Shown here one piece after another: positions 14,450 through 27,630 of a stretch of 64,000 nt of DNA. Made by a program: the position numbers and the translations under genes. The stretch's first letter is position 1; each line of letters opens with the position of its first letter. The notes below the pieces were generated by a model that saw only the letters and a list, made by a program, of their open reading frames with translations, ran no database searches and had not been told where the DNA came from. Source of the stretch: the human T2T-CHM13v2.0 reference genome, Homo sapiens; NCBI RefSeq assembly GCF_009914755.1, contig NC_060938.1, one strand, 5' to 3'.

Positions 14450-16025
14450 AGGCTTTCTTCAATTTAATAATTGAGTCTTACAAAAAGTAGATGATATGTG
14501 TACATTATGAACATATTAAAACCCACCAACAAAACCAAGAACTAAAATACTACCAAACCTTGCATTTCGTTACGTATTTTCACTTACACATCTCACTGGC
14601 TCACTTCTCAGCGATATCCACTATCTTAATTTTGTTTTGCATTTCTTACTTCATTTTTAAATCTTTCGATCATATATGCAGATGTCCTAAACATTATATT
14701 TTTAGTCTTCTTTGAAGATGGTATACATTTATCTACATACATATGGCATATATATACACATATGTAATATATGTGTGCAAGTGTGTATAGTCTTCTGAAG
14801 TGTTTTTTAATTCAACAGTTTTGAGATCAACAAATATTTTCGCATGTAGTCCCAGAACCCTCACTTCTACTACTAAATTTGATCCTGTTGTGTAAATATA
14901 CTAACATTTCTTTAGCCACTCTCCTGTTTATGGACCCGTAGGCTATTTCTAGTTATATAATACTGCAAGGAGCAGTGCTAAACTAAATATCCTAGTACAC
15001 ATGCCCAAGATCCTATTTAAGGTGTGTATCTACAAGGGAAATTTCTGGGTCACATCATGGGAAAATATTTAACTTTCCAAGATACTATCGAATTTAGTGC
15101 ATATGAATTTTAATTGATCCACACCGTTTTTAACATTTTGTGTTATCACACTTTATATTTGGAAATGCGGTGGCTATAAAATGGTATCTCATTTTTTTAT
15201 TCCTCTGATTCAGATAAGTTTGGACAACCACAACCTATTTTATAATTATTTCTCATTTGGATTTTTCTCTTTGTGTTTATATCTTTTGCACATTTTTTTC
15301 TATTGAATTTTTGTCTTTTCTTCAGACTGATTTGTAGGGTTCATTTTAGACTATTCTGTTTATTAGTTTCCCTTAAAATATTTTTTCCAATGTGTAGCAT
15401 GTCTTTCTGCTTTTTTATCATGTTTTTGAGGTGACAGAATTTATAATTTTCAAGTGATCAAATTGATCTACTTTGTAAAATTGTACTACTAGATTTTTGT
15501 AATTTTAATTTAGAAATCACCTCTTACTACAAAGGATACTATTCTTTTATTATTTTCTGTAAGGATTTAAATACTTGTACATACTTTTAAGCACTTTGAT
15601 TATCTAGCATTAATTTTTGTATATAATGTCAGGAAATAATTCAATTTTCTTTTCTTTTTTCTTTTTTCTTTTTTTCCTATAGAAAACCAAGTGTTGCAAC
15701 ACAATTTTATTGAGTGGTTCCATCTTTTTCAGTGATTTTTAGTGTCCCATCAGGATTTTGAAAATATATGTCTCTATCAGAAGACTTTATTCTATTGTAT
15801 GTTGATTTGCTGCTTCTTTGGCAATAACATGTTACTTTTTTGTTTTTAGTGTTTTGTAGTTTCACTGTGAATTGATCTAGACTGGAGTTTTTAAAATTTA
15901 TTCTGCTTGACATTCTAAATCTGTGAATTCATATCCTGTATGAATTCTTGAATATTCTCAATCACAATTTCTTCTAAAATTGCTTCTTCTCTATTTTATT
16001 TATTCTAATTTTTCAGGACTTCCCT
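14450..16025 (-). mobile_element. L1ME fragments
   Basis: T-rich antisense old-L1 3'UTR/ORF2 sequence. Confidence 0.6.
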
Positions 16026-16289
16026 GTCCCTGGATAGATGGTTCTTACATGGCCAAAAAAAATTACTTAATTTTACTATAAAGTATATCCACTTCTCAAC
16101 TAGTAATCACATAATATCTAGCCAATGACAGTCTTAAAACTCATAATTCTTAGCAAAATTAGACTTCTTCTAGGAATGGAATCTAAGTTTGAAGGCTTGT
16201 GATAGAACAGGGAGATCCATGACAGATTTCTTCTTGCTTTCCTCTACCATCTCTAATTATTGCTGCTATTGTTAATTGCTACTATTCTG

Positions 16290-16650
16290 TTAAATAATAG
16301 TAAGGGAATACGGCCTGTGTTTACATGGTTAGAACAGTGTCATCTGGCACCAAGGTCCTCTGGGTGACAGATATGTAATTGCTGACTTTCTCTAGTGTGT
16401 TGCAGGGACTGCAAGATTCTACTTCCTTGATGTTAACAACATCTCTGTTCTTGCAGGCTGTACATGACTTTTGCTCGTTTGTGGCTTTCTGCCCATTAAT
16501 GCATAATTAAATTTTCACTTTGAGATGGCACTGATCCTCTCTTATGGGTACATTTAATACATAAAGAAACTCATTCATCTTTGTCTCACCATCAGCAAAT
16601 GTAAAATTTATCCTCCAATATAGCTTTTGCATTCTGTTTTCCTAATAGAC
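16290..16650 (-). pseudogene. Cadherin exon remnant (approximate)
   Basis: LYVLNV / KRGSVPSQS / ISVT-EDLGA / NTGRI fragments. Confidence 0.4.
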
Positions 16651-16684
16651 AGACAGTTACAGCTCAAAAATGTTGCCTTTAATA

Positions 16685-16995
16685 TTCTTTCATTTATTCA
16701 ACAAATTATAATTGAACATCCTTTGTGTATATGTCAATATTTTAGATTCTGAGGTTATAACAGTAAACAAAAAAGATAAAACTCTGACCCTGCAGAATGT
16801 GTATGCTATTAATGAAGCAACCAAGAACTGAAATAATCTGTAAACTTATAATATATAAGGAACTAAGAAGTCCTATGGAGAAATACAAAGCAGTGAAAGG
16901 TAAGTGAGAATAGTAGGAGTGAATATGTTGTTTGCTGTTTTAAATTTGACATCCAGTGACTATCTCAATAAGGCAACATTTAAGCAAAGATTTAG
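16685..16995 (-). mobile_element. L2 3' end
   Basis: ttcatttattcaacaaat tail plus L2 body. Confidence 0.7.
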
Positions 16996-17499
16996 ATAGT
17001 CTCCTAATATTTCCTAAACACCAGGAGATACATATCCCTTGCATTTATATTCACCTGGTTTAAGATGAGGGGGAAATATCTGACTTCCAGGGATGAAGGT
17101 GAGGGTAGACTAGAAAGCACAGAATTTTGACAACTTTTTCCAAATTGATATTGTCTTTTTGAATCCTTAACTCCCACCACTTTATAGACTGGACAGAGTG
17201 GCCTCTGAAGTTGATAGATGAGTTTTATAATTCTTAGCATATTCTGTGTTCTTCACTGGTAGCCTAACACCTAATATATTGTTTTCTGCCTTTAGAACTT
17301 CAACTGAAATTAAGCAGAAATAATTCTCATTCCAATTCCTGGTTTCAGAAACAAATTTTAGAAGTAAGGGAAAGTAGATGTTGAATAAGGAGTTGAATAA
17401 TCTTAGGAGGCGGACAACTTAGTTTTAGTTTTAGAGACATACATACTCATAGGTACTATGAAAAACTGGGCGTGCTAGTCTCATATCTCTTTTAGCATA

Positions 17500-17850
17500 T
17501 GTCACCTTTAAGCCATGCACCACACTGGATCCTGAAAATATAGAGGTGAATAAAAACAAGCATAGTCCTAAATCTTAGAACTCCAATCTGACAAGGAGAT
17601 GTGTACACGAAGCAAATAGTTATAACGCTGATGAACATCTCAAAGGAAAGCCTGAAGTGCTATGTGTATATGGAATATAGCAACTGGGCTTTTTTGGGGG
17701 ATGTCAGGGAATGCTTTGAGGAAATTACATTGAAGCTGTGCCTTGAAGGTTGTGAAGGAATCAGGGAGCTATAGTTAGCTATGGGAGTGCTACTTCTAAA
17801 ATGGAGACAGCCAGGGACATGTAGAGGAAGAAATGAACAGGATGCATTCT
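17500..17850 (-). mobile_element. L2 fossil
   Basis: Degenerate antisense L2 3' region. Confidence 0.55.
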
Positions 17851-17999
17851 AAAGGGCAGAGGATAAAATCATAGTAAGATAGATAAAAAATTAATGGCAG
17901 AAATAACAGCAATATGTAAGATATTTGGAGCCAATGCAATGAATCAGGTTGTTGAATCGAACAAGATTCAGAGAGCTTACCCAGTTTTAAGTGTTACTA

Positions 18000-18440
18000 A
18001 TAAATCCAAAGATAAAAGCATTAAGGAGGCACTCCACGAGACAAATACCAGATAAAATAGGTGTCCTTGCAATAAACTAATTTTGTAACACTCTCATCAA
18101 GGAGGAGATCTGAACTATCATACACAACTTCCCAGACCCTGCTTTCCTGGATTGGATATACCTTCTCTGGTCCTGAATAAGAGACGAGGTTCTTAAGTAA
18201 GTTTTGTGAGTCACTTCACACAGTATGGAGGACTAGGTTATGAAACACATCCAAGAATATTGTATACCTTGATGACTTAAGGTAGAAAATGACATAAATG
18301 ACTTCTTCCAGTACCTTAAAAATTCATAGATCATGTACTCGTTTACCATCTGCAATCCAAAACCAGGGACATCTGTGAAGAGCACTCCATAGATGTGAAC
18401 TTTCCTTCTATAGAGTATCATCAGTATATGTCTCCCAGAT
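18000..18440 (-). pseudogene. Cadherin exon remnant (approximate)
   Basis: YSIEGKF / IYGVLFT / VLDC / MVNEYMI in shifted frames. Confidence 0.45.
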
Positions 18441-18662
18441 TCCCAGTTACTATGTTTCTAAGGAGATTAGACTAGGTTACCTGCCTACTTTTTCCTTGAA
18501 AGCATTTGCTTAGTAATCAGAAATGGAAGATATCACAGGTAAGTTGCTTTAATTATGTCTTCTCCAGGTGTGCATAGCATAGGCATTTCCAGTTTTTGTT
18601 TTTGTTTTTTGATACATTGTAGAGTCTTTTAATAAAATGTCCCCACTCCCAGACTGAGACCA

Positions 18663-18746
18663 AAATCTTGAGTGAGCAGAGGTAGCCTTTTTGTTTTATA
18701 ATTTAAATCTTGAGTGAGCAGAGGTAGCCTTTTCATTTTATAATTT
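18663..18746. repeat. 42-bp tandem duplication
   Basis: aaatcttgagtgagcagaggtagcctttt..ttttataattt x2, 40/42 identical. Confidence 0.92.
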
Positions 18747-19084
18747 TTTAAGATCACAGCTTTTGTCAAATCCTTTGACAGTAGTATGCATGAGTAACTC
18801 CAGAAACCCAGTTAGGTAAGAAGAATATTGCATTATTTTCTTTAACTGAGGTCATTTTTGATTCTTAGTCTCCACTCTGGGTGGATGGCAGTAGTTTTAA
18901 TCTTAGATGTTATTAGATTTACCTTCATTCTCTGAATCTGTGAATGTCCTAGGCAATTGATCCGCAGGAAAACAGTTTATGTGGCTACTTTTAAAATGCC
19001 TTTTGTCCAATCCTGTATAAGCCCTAAAGATTCTTATGGACCCTAGAAATATATTGGAGACTGTACTGTTCAGAGGCTGTACTG

Positions 19085-19433
19085 TTTAGCAATGAGTTAA
19101 TTTTCATCCATGTGTTCATCTTCTGTCTTGCAATTAATTGAGGCCATATGTCACATTCTGGTCAAAGGGCTGTGAGCAAAATGGACATGTGTCACTTTAG
19201 AGCTACACCCTAGAAGACCAGGTCTGAGATGTCACTGTACTCTTTTCCTGCACTACATCAAACATGAAGCCAATGTTGAGATGGAAGAGACTCTATTAGT
19301 TTGAGTTACAGACTAACTGTGTGAAACAGGGATGTACAACATGTAGGATGGGTAGTCATAAATATTTCTTGTGACAGGCATTTGAGACTTAGAAACTTTT
19401 TTTTTTACTGCAGCTTGCCCCAGCCTCACACAT
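19085..19433 (+). mobile_element. MLT1 (I/J-like) MaLR LTR
   Basis: ttctggtcaaagggctgtgagcaaaatgg..tgtgtcactt and MLT1-like 3' end. Confidence 0.6.
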
Positions 19434-21829
19434 TGATATGGTTTGGCTCTGTGTCCCCACCCAAATCTCATGTCTAATTTTAATGCCCATATGTCTGGAA
19501 TGGCCTGGTGGGAAGAGATTGAATCATGGGAGTGAACTCCTTCCATGCTGTTCTCATCATAGTGAATGAGTTCTCATGAGATCTGGTTGTTTACAAGTGT
19601 GTAGTGCTTCCCACTTCACTCTTTTCCTCTTACTTTGCAATGTGAAGAAGGTGCTTGCTTCTACTTTGCCTTTCCATCATGACTATAAGTTTCCTGAGAC
19701 TTCACAACCGTGCCTGCTGTATAGCCTGTAGAACTTTGAGTTGATTAAACCTCTATTCTTTACAAATTACCTAGTCTAAGGTAATTCTTTATAGCAGAGT
19801 AAGAACAAACTAATTAAGAAAATTGGTACCAGAGAAGTGGGGCATCGCTATAAAGATACCTGAAAATGTGGAAGTGACTTTGGAACTCAGTAACAGGCTA
19901 AGTTTGGAACAGTTTGGAAGGCTCAGGAGAGGACAGAAAGATAAGGGAAGGTTTGGAACTCCCTAGAGACTTGTTAAATGGTTTTGACCAAAATGCTGAT
20001 AGTGATACGGACAATGAAGTCCAGGCTAAGGTGGTCTCATAAAGAGATAAGATACTTATCAGGGACAGGAGTAAAGGTCACTTTTGCTATGCTTTAGCAA
20101 AGAGACTGGCAACATTGTGCCCATGATCTGGAGATCTGTAGAACTTTGAACTTGAGAGAGATGGTTTAGGGTATCTGGCAGAAGAAATTTCTAACCAGCA
20201 AACCATTCAAGATGTGGCCTGGCTACTTCTAAAAGCCTATGCTCATTACATAAACAAAGAAATGATCTCAAAATAGAACTTATATTTAAAAAGAGCGCAC
20301 AGCATAAAAGTTTGGAAAATTTGTAGCTCAATCACATGGTGGAAAGGAAAAACCCATTTTCTGGGGAGAAATCCAAGGCTTCAGAAATTTGCATAAGTAA
20401 AATGGAGTCGAATGTTAATAGTCAAGACAGTGGGGAAAATGCCTCCAGGGCATTTCAGAGACCTTTGTGGCAGCCCCCTGCCATCATAGGCCTGGAGGCC
20501 TTGGGGGAAATGTGGTTTTGTGGGCCAGGACCAGTGCCTCACTGATCTGTGCAGCCTCAGGACAAGACACCCTTCATCCTGGCCATTCCAACTCCAGCCA
20601 TGGCTAAAAGAGGCTGAGGTACAGCTTGGGCCATTCCTTTAGAAGGTGAAGCTCTAAGCCTTTGTGGCTTCCACGTGGTGTTGAGCCTGTGGGTAAGAAG
20701 ATAGCAAGGGTTGAGGTTTGGGAGCCTACACCTAGACTTCAGAGGATGTATGGAAATGCCTAGATGTCCAGGCAGAAGTTGGCTACAGGGGTGGAGCACT
20801 CAAGAAGGCCCTCTACTAGGTCAGTGATGGGGGGAAATGTGGGGTTGGAGCCCCCACACAGAGTCCCCACTGGGGCACTGCCTAGTGGACCTGTGAGAAG
20901 GGAGCCACCATCCTCCAGACCCCACAGTGGTAGATCCACTGACAGCTTGCACTGTGCACCTGGAAAAACCATAGGCATTCAACGCCAGCCTGTGAAAGCA
21001 ACTGCAGGAGCTGTAACCTGCAGAGCGACAGGAGTGGAGTTGCCCAAGTTCCTGAAAGTCCCCCTCTTGTGTCAGTGTGGCCTAGATGCGAGACATGGAG
21101 TCAAAGAAGAATATTTTGGAGCTTTAAGGTTTAATGACTCCCCTGCTGGGTTTCAGACTTGCATGAGGCCTGTAGCCCCTTTGTTTTGGCCAATTTATTC
21201 CACTGGGAATGGGATCATTTATCCAATGCCTATAACCCGATTGTATCTTAGAAGTAACTAACTTGGCTTGATTTTTACAGGCTGATAGGAAAAAGGGACT
21301 TGTCTCACATGAGACTTTGGACTTGGACTTTTGAATTACTGCTGGAATGAATTAAGACTTTGGGGGAATGTTGAGAAGGCATGATTGCATTTTGAAATGT
21401 GAAAAGGACATGAGGTTTGGGAGGGGCTGGGCAGAATGATATGGTTTGGCTCTGTGTCTCCATTTAAATCTCATGTTGAATTGTAATTCTCATGTATCAG
21501 AGGAGGACCTGGTAAAAAGTGATTGAATCGTGGGGGCAGACTCCCCCCTTACTGTTCTCATGATAGTGAGTGAGTTCTCATCAGATCTGTTTTTTTTTTT
21601 TTTTTAAGTTTGTAGCACTTCCCCCTTTACTCTCTTTCTCCTGCTCTGCCTTGTGAAGAAGGTACTTGCTTCCCTTTCACCCTTCTGCCATGATTGTAAG
21701 TTTCCTGAAGCCTCCACAACCATGCTTCCTATACAACCTACAGAAATGTGAGTCAATTAAACCTCTTTTCTTCATAAATTGCCTAGTCTCAGGTAGTTCT
21801 TTGTAGCAGTGTGAGAACAGACTAATACA
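19434..21829 (+). mobile_element. Full-length THE1D MaLR provirus (LTR 19434-19817, internal, LTR 21437-21829)
   Basis: Both LTRs start TGATATGGTTTGGCTCTG; 3' LTR ends ACTAATACA; polypurine tract before the 3' LTR; TSD cacat/tacat. Confidence 0.92.
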
Positions 21830-23289
21830 TACATCTACTATATTGTATATTTTTATGGCTGTGAGGATATGTTTCTAAGGTCCAATTATTCTATGGAATC
21901 ACTTAATATTGCATCTGAAGCTTTTATCATCTTTCTGAATCTATAATGAGGAATCTGTCATGAAACTCCACCATTTGTGGAATGGACACTTTTTAACATA
22001 CTACCCAGCCTTGAGGGATATTGATTCTTAGTCTATCTCCAAGTCAATCCAAACCCTTCCTACTTCTAAAAAATTTCAAACATAATCTTTGTTTGCCTTT
22101 CCCTTTCAAAATGCACAAGAAGATAAATTATCTTATCAAAACTTCCTCTAATTTTAAGAAACACATACCCTACACCTCTTTGTTGAATCATAGAAAAGAA
22201 GGCAAAAGAGGTTAGGGTGTTTTAAACAGAATAAAAACTTTTTCTCCCAAAGTTTCTGGGGAGCATAAAGGTTGTTCTTTCTGATTACTTTATAGCAGTA
22301 AAAACAAACAATGAATTTATGTCTCAATAAATTTCACTGTCACACAACTAGAGTTCTTGAAAACTTGGCCCTGAATCTTGACATCACCCAGATTCTATTT
22401 GATTTATAAGCATTAACCTTGATTGAATAAAAGGACAGTGCACAGCCTTTAAAAAGAATTCTCTTACTATACTAAACATCCTCTATAGCTCTCACAACAA
22501 ACTTTTGGAGATCAGACATTCTTAGGCAGGGAGAGAGAGATCTTTGACCCCATCTCCTGACCAGCAGTTTTCCCTCTGTTTCTCATAGTTTTTCTTCCTT
22601 CATTCCTGTTCAACATTTTCGTCATAAGGTGCTTCTCCTTTCTGTTTATTTTTCTTTCAAATACGTTTCTCTTTTTGCCTCTGTATTTGATGAATGATGA
22701 ATGATGATTTGTTATATACAGCTGGTTTATAAAACATATGCTCTATTATTTTATTCAGGAAAAATGGACTATACTTAACAGTTCTTTTTTATTTTAATGG
22801 ACAAACACTTCCAAAATAATTTTATTATTTTCTTTTCATAATTTGAGAAATATAAGATATTTATTTTGTGAAAATCTGGATGAGAGAGAAGAGTGATTTT
22901 TGCTATTAGCATCTGATTTACCCAGTATGGACAATTGGATTCATTATTATTCTTGGAGTATCTCCAAGGACTTGTCTCCTAAAAAGCAGTGCCCCCCTCT
23001 TTAAGTTATACTCTTTGTAACTGTGGTATTGTTGCCTGAATGCAATAGCTATGCTTCAGAATCAGGCCAAGGCAGTGAGCAAAACTGTACATTAAAGAGC
23101 TTTTTATTTTTAGATCTCCATTTTCAAAGCTACTTTTTCCCCATATTTAAGAGTTCTGTTTGGTATTCACTGGTCACTCTTTTCGATAAGCAAATGAATT
23201 CTTTTTTTAAAAAATTACACAAAGAGTTGGAATTAATTTTTTATTCTTATTGAATTTTTAGAATTTTAAATTAATTTATAAAATAATTA

Positions 23290-23376
23290 CTATGAAGATG
23301 CAGCAATGACTAAACCCCAAAAAGGTGCTATTGTTCACAAGGGAAATTTATTTAGTTGGAATCTGTTTCTGTACCT
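23290..23376 (-). pseudogene. Cadherin exon remnant
   Basis: ttttacag| acceptor; CEQ*HLF/GLVIAAS resembles DYEQ.H.F.L.I.AS. Confidence 0.45.
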
Positions 23377-23963
23377 GTAAAATTGGATTACATACGGGAC
23401 ACCTTCCTCGGCTGGAGTAAAATTGATTTCTAAGAGAATTGTTAACCATATTGATTTTATCAGTGAAAGTGGGGATCTAGAACACTCTGTGATAATTAGA
23501 TGCTAGATATTAGAAATCAGAAAAGATTCAACCATGTATCCACAAATGTATTCACTTCCACATGCTTATGTTTTATTTTTCAACAACTGCTTTTAATTGG
23601 GGAGCAAGCTTACACAAAACAACCCTCTGTCCAGAAGTGATGTATAGCATTGAATTTTGCTGACTCAGTAAGCGTTGCTTTTTACAACGGAGACACAGTG
23701 AATCACTTAAGCATATTTAAATGAATATCATTCGTGCTAATACTTAGATGAAAAAATACTCAAGAAATTATTTTATTTTCACTCTGTCTTTTCTATTCTT
23801 AGATTCAGGTTGCTTCATTCTTTTGATGTTGCCAAGATACTAGCATGCTTCATTTACTCTTTTTTCCACATTTGAGGATTCTTTTTGCACATATATTACT
23901 TAGATTCTATAGATTCTGTCTTTACAACATATTTGTCAGTGCTTGACAGCAACATTTTAGCAT

Positions 23964-24077
23964 TGCTAGACTAAATCCCACGGGGCAGTGGCTGTGTCTG
24001 TTGTGTTCACTGCTGTTTCATTCAAGCTGCAGATAGTTGCTGGCATAACATGATCGTAATATATGTTTTTGACAAAC
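23964..24077 (+). mobile_element. L2 3' tail
   Basis: tgtgtctgttgtgttcactgctgt...gctggcata. Confidence 0.6.
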
Positions 24078-24354
24078 AGGACTCAGTTTTGCCAATTTTT
24101 AGTCACTTTAATGTTACATGCTACACATCTCCTTAAATATGTAGCTGTGGTCTTAAATCCAATGCAGACCACTCTTGGTTCTCACTGGTTTCATCGATTA
24201 GCTCCACCTGTTGTAGAATGCACTTCTGAGCTTATCACCTAAACTACTTGGCATTTGTTGATATTAAAATAAAGGAAAAATAATGGGTACTATAAATGCT
24301 CTTATTACTGTTAGCAAAATATTTTAAACTTTCCAAATTCTAGAATCATGGTGA

Positions 24355-24672
24355 ATTTATACTGTCTTACCTCCTTGTGATTTCACTGGGCTTTGATACT
24401 AGTTCTGCCCAATAAATTTGAAGAGAAATGATGGACTGTAAGCAAGCATAGAATTAGCAGTGCTAGAATATCCAGAACTCTTTTTGTTTTTGCATTGCCA
24501 CTGACCATAATCAAGATGGTGGCTGCTCTATCAGTCTAGATACCCGAGTGACTGTGATAAGAAGAAAACCTAAAAACCCACATTAGACAAGAGTGAGAAA
24601 TAATCCTTTTCTCTATTAAGTAACTGTGTTTTGGAGTTGCTGATGCATAACATACCCTAATTGGTGCAGATA
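24355..24672 (+). mobile_element. MLT1 (I/J-like) LTR
   Basis: caagatggtggctgctctatcagtct..gagtgact..gagtgagaaataa. Confidence 0.65.
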
Positions 24673-24867
24673 ATTTACCGAAGTGTTAACATTTTAAATA
24701 GAGTGATTTAAAACTTTCATGCACTATGCAAAATGCCAGTTTTTAATATTTGTGCCTTTATAATGAGTATTTTTAATGCTGCTCCAAATTATACTTTTTC
24801 CTTTACCTATTCATTACTGCCTGTTTCACACTTCTCAGGAGTTAAAACTAACATTCTTCTAAAACTT

Positions 24868-25314
24868 TCATATTTCTCCCACTCTGAAATGTTTGTCCCT
24901 CATTGTGCAGCAGTTTCTATTAACAGAATGAGAGCTATGTCCTTGTCCTGAGAATAATTCACAATCTCTCCTGGCTGACTGCAAATCTGTGCACCAATGT
25001 TCACATGAACCTATATTGACAAATGGTCTAAATTTTATTAGATACATGCAGATAAACACCAGTCCACCTGTCATTAATTTTAGAACATGAACAGGGGCAT
25101 TTTCATAAGATATGATATAAAGACCATTTTTTTTTGCATCATAGAATTTGTTTAAAGTTCTGATTAGCATACCTTCTCCAGGAAATCTTTTAATTGTGTT
25201 AGATATGTGTATATTGGCCCCTAAATTCCTCCATTCAGAGCACATGCTGCCTGATAGCTGCTGAATCTGGCTTTGGAGACAATCCCTCTCTGCCTTTCTG
25301 AATTTTATGCCCAT
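24868..25314 (-). pseudogene. 148-aa open frame with cadherin remnants
   Basis: NLGANIHISNTI..GEGMLIRTLNKFYD...LYII..YENAPV; longest non-repeat ORF in the window. Confidence 0.55.
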
Positions 25315-25525
25315 TATTCTTTCAGAGTAATCTTTGATCTTTTTAAACTGCAGGGAAATTCTGACAGAACTATTTTAAACATCTTTTGAATCTCTTCATA
25401 TTTTTTTAATCAACAAAGTAGACAATGGAAGATAGTCATTGTCCTACTTTTCACTAAGAAGGCATATGTACCAGATTTGTAAAATGCATCTGTAACGAAA
25501 AGAAAATGGGAGGTAGGGAAAGAAA

Positions 25526-25583
25526 ACTTCCGTGAGTCACACCAATCCACTTCAGTGAGCCACACCAATCCACTTCAGTGAGC
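25526..25583. repeat. 23-bp tandem repeat x2.5
   Basis: cacaccaatccacttcagtgagc at 25538-25560 and 25561-25583. Confidence 0.9.
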
Positions 25584-25704
25584 AATATTACCTTAGAATG
25601 GTTCATATGTTTGTGTTTCTGTCTCTTTTAAACTATGACTTTAAATTATTGAAAGAAAAGGAAAATCTATCTTCTGATGCTTTATGTCCCCTTATTCTAC
25701 ATAA

Positions 25705-25895
25705 TAGGGTTGCCAGATAAAATATAGGACTCCAAGTTAATTTTAAACTTCAGAAAAGTCAGGAATATATTTTTAGTATGAGTATGCTGAATGAAATATT
25801 TGAGACATATTTGTACTAAGATACTTAATTGCTTATCTATAAATTATATTTAACTGAATGTTCTCTATTTTTACTTGTTAAATCCAGCAATCCTA
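25705..25895 (+). mobile_element. MER53 palindromic hAT MITE
   Basis: tagggttgccagataaaata...aaatccagcaatccta, about 190 bp. Confidence 0.85.
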
Positions 25896-26039
25896 AATAG
25901 TAGATGAGAACACTTGACAGACCCAAAACCTAACTTTTCTTACCAGTACTAGAAAATCTAGAGCCAGCAAACCAGAGGTTTCTAATTCCTTTATCCGATA
26001 GCTTTTCTTCATATCAGATCTGAATGTCATGATGGACAT

Positions 26040-26215
26040 AAAGGCCTTGGAGAAAAACTATTCAGTTCAGCTGTCAGATCCACCACATACTAGCTTTTGG
26101 ATTTAGGGCAATTTATTTATCTTTTCTGATCCTTGGTGTTCTCATCAGTGCAATGGGAATTAAAATAACATCCTGAGGATATACATGAAAATACTTAAGT
26201 TGACAATAATTGTTA
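26040..26215 (+). mobile_element. MIR fossil
   Basis: ctcatcagtgcaatgggaattaaaata MIR core. Confidence 0.55.
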
Positions 26216-26409
26216 TTTCACAAAAATAGAAACTATGTGCAAGTCCCTTTTGTGTTCAAAGTCTTTTATGAAGGTCTGCTAACATCTAAAGAACTCTCAA
26301 AAATTATATTTTAATAATGCATTTCTCAACAATTTCAGAATATCAAGAATTTTCTGAAACCCAAGCTCCATGATGATGGAATAAATCTAGTATTAATTTT
26401 ACTTACATT

Positions 26410-26790
26410 TTAGAACTCATTATATTCAAAACAGACTGTATTAAATGAGGTTATCTCATAAACATAATAGATCTGCTGTGTTACCAAAGTAAAGCTATCA
26501 TTTCTTAACCTTGGGATCCCCAGTAATTCTTTCTTAACTTGTTCAAGCAAAAAGGATAGCGGAGCTAAGGCCCACAACTTGAGCTAAGTTAATGGCATAT
26601 TGTTGACTGATGTGTTCTCCAGAGAGCTTCAAACTCACTTAAAGCATTTTGCTAGCTGGACACATATTTAATTTTCTTCGTACTGTATTCCTTGATCTGT
26701 AGCCTTGAACTTAAACAGTGAATTTTTCAGGGGTACTTTATCACAAACTACCAAAAAAGAAACTCTTCATAAAATGCTCTTCCATTTTAA
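26410..26790 (-). pseudogene. Cadherin exon remnant (approximate)
   Basis: VVCDKVPLKNSLFKFKATDQG../KIKY, LSGE, SFLLEQVKKELLGIPRL. Confidence 0.65.
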
Positions 26791-27214
26791 TTGCATAATC
26801 CAATATGATTTTTTATTATGTATTATCCAAGTATACTTTGTCTTACCCAGTAATTTTTATTTATTTTATAAATTTTAAAAATAATTCATGTGAATTGATT
26901 CTACCACTACCACTGGCCGTTAAAGAAAGTGAAGTATATAGAAACAAATGTAAATTATATATTTATTTGCAACCAATGCTTTATGCTTGAATGCCACATA
27001 AATTGCACAGTGAAGTAAAAAAGATTCAAAAGTTTATGTGTAATACTTTGTCTTTAAGATGTCCAGAGTCATTAACTAAAGGCCAGATCATTTTATATGG
27101 ATTTTTAAGTCTGGCAATTCTCTACACGACAAGCGGCATTCCAGATGGATGTGTTATGTAAGAGGAACATTCTCCAGTTAGCAATAAAACTGCAAAGTAG
27201 CACAACTGCTTTAT

Positions 27215-27630
27215 CTAGGCACATATTTTTATTAAATCATGTAAGAGAATTTTCATCCTCATATATTATTAGGAGATAACATTATTGAACTCAGTAAGGT
27301 TAAACAATTTTCCCAAGCTCACAAATTGGTAAATTTGCTGAACATCTTGTAACCTAGGCACAGTAACTCTGGATAGTACTTGGCTGTAGCAGCTGCTGCT
27401 GCTGCTAAAAGTCGGCATTTATTGAACACATACACAGATTGAAGAAGGAGTTTTGCCATCTGCTTTTGAGGATGACTTTTGTCCAACTTCACAACAGTAT
27501 GATGCGGTGGGTACCCTTGTTATAGCATGTCCATTTTCAGAATAAAATAACTAGCTTTTTTTAAAAAAAAACCAAAGTAGCTTGTTCAAGCAAAAAGAAT
27601 AGCGGGGCTGAAGCTAGGATTTGAAATACT
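27215..27630 (-). mobile_element. Two MIR fossils with a short (GCT)n between them
   Basis: aaggttaaacaattttcccaag; ccattttcag...ctaggatttgaa. Confidence 0.55.

Noticed and set aside
20764-21261. 165-aa ORF as a host gene
   Set aside because: Lies wholly within THE1D internal sequence.
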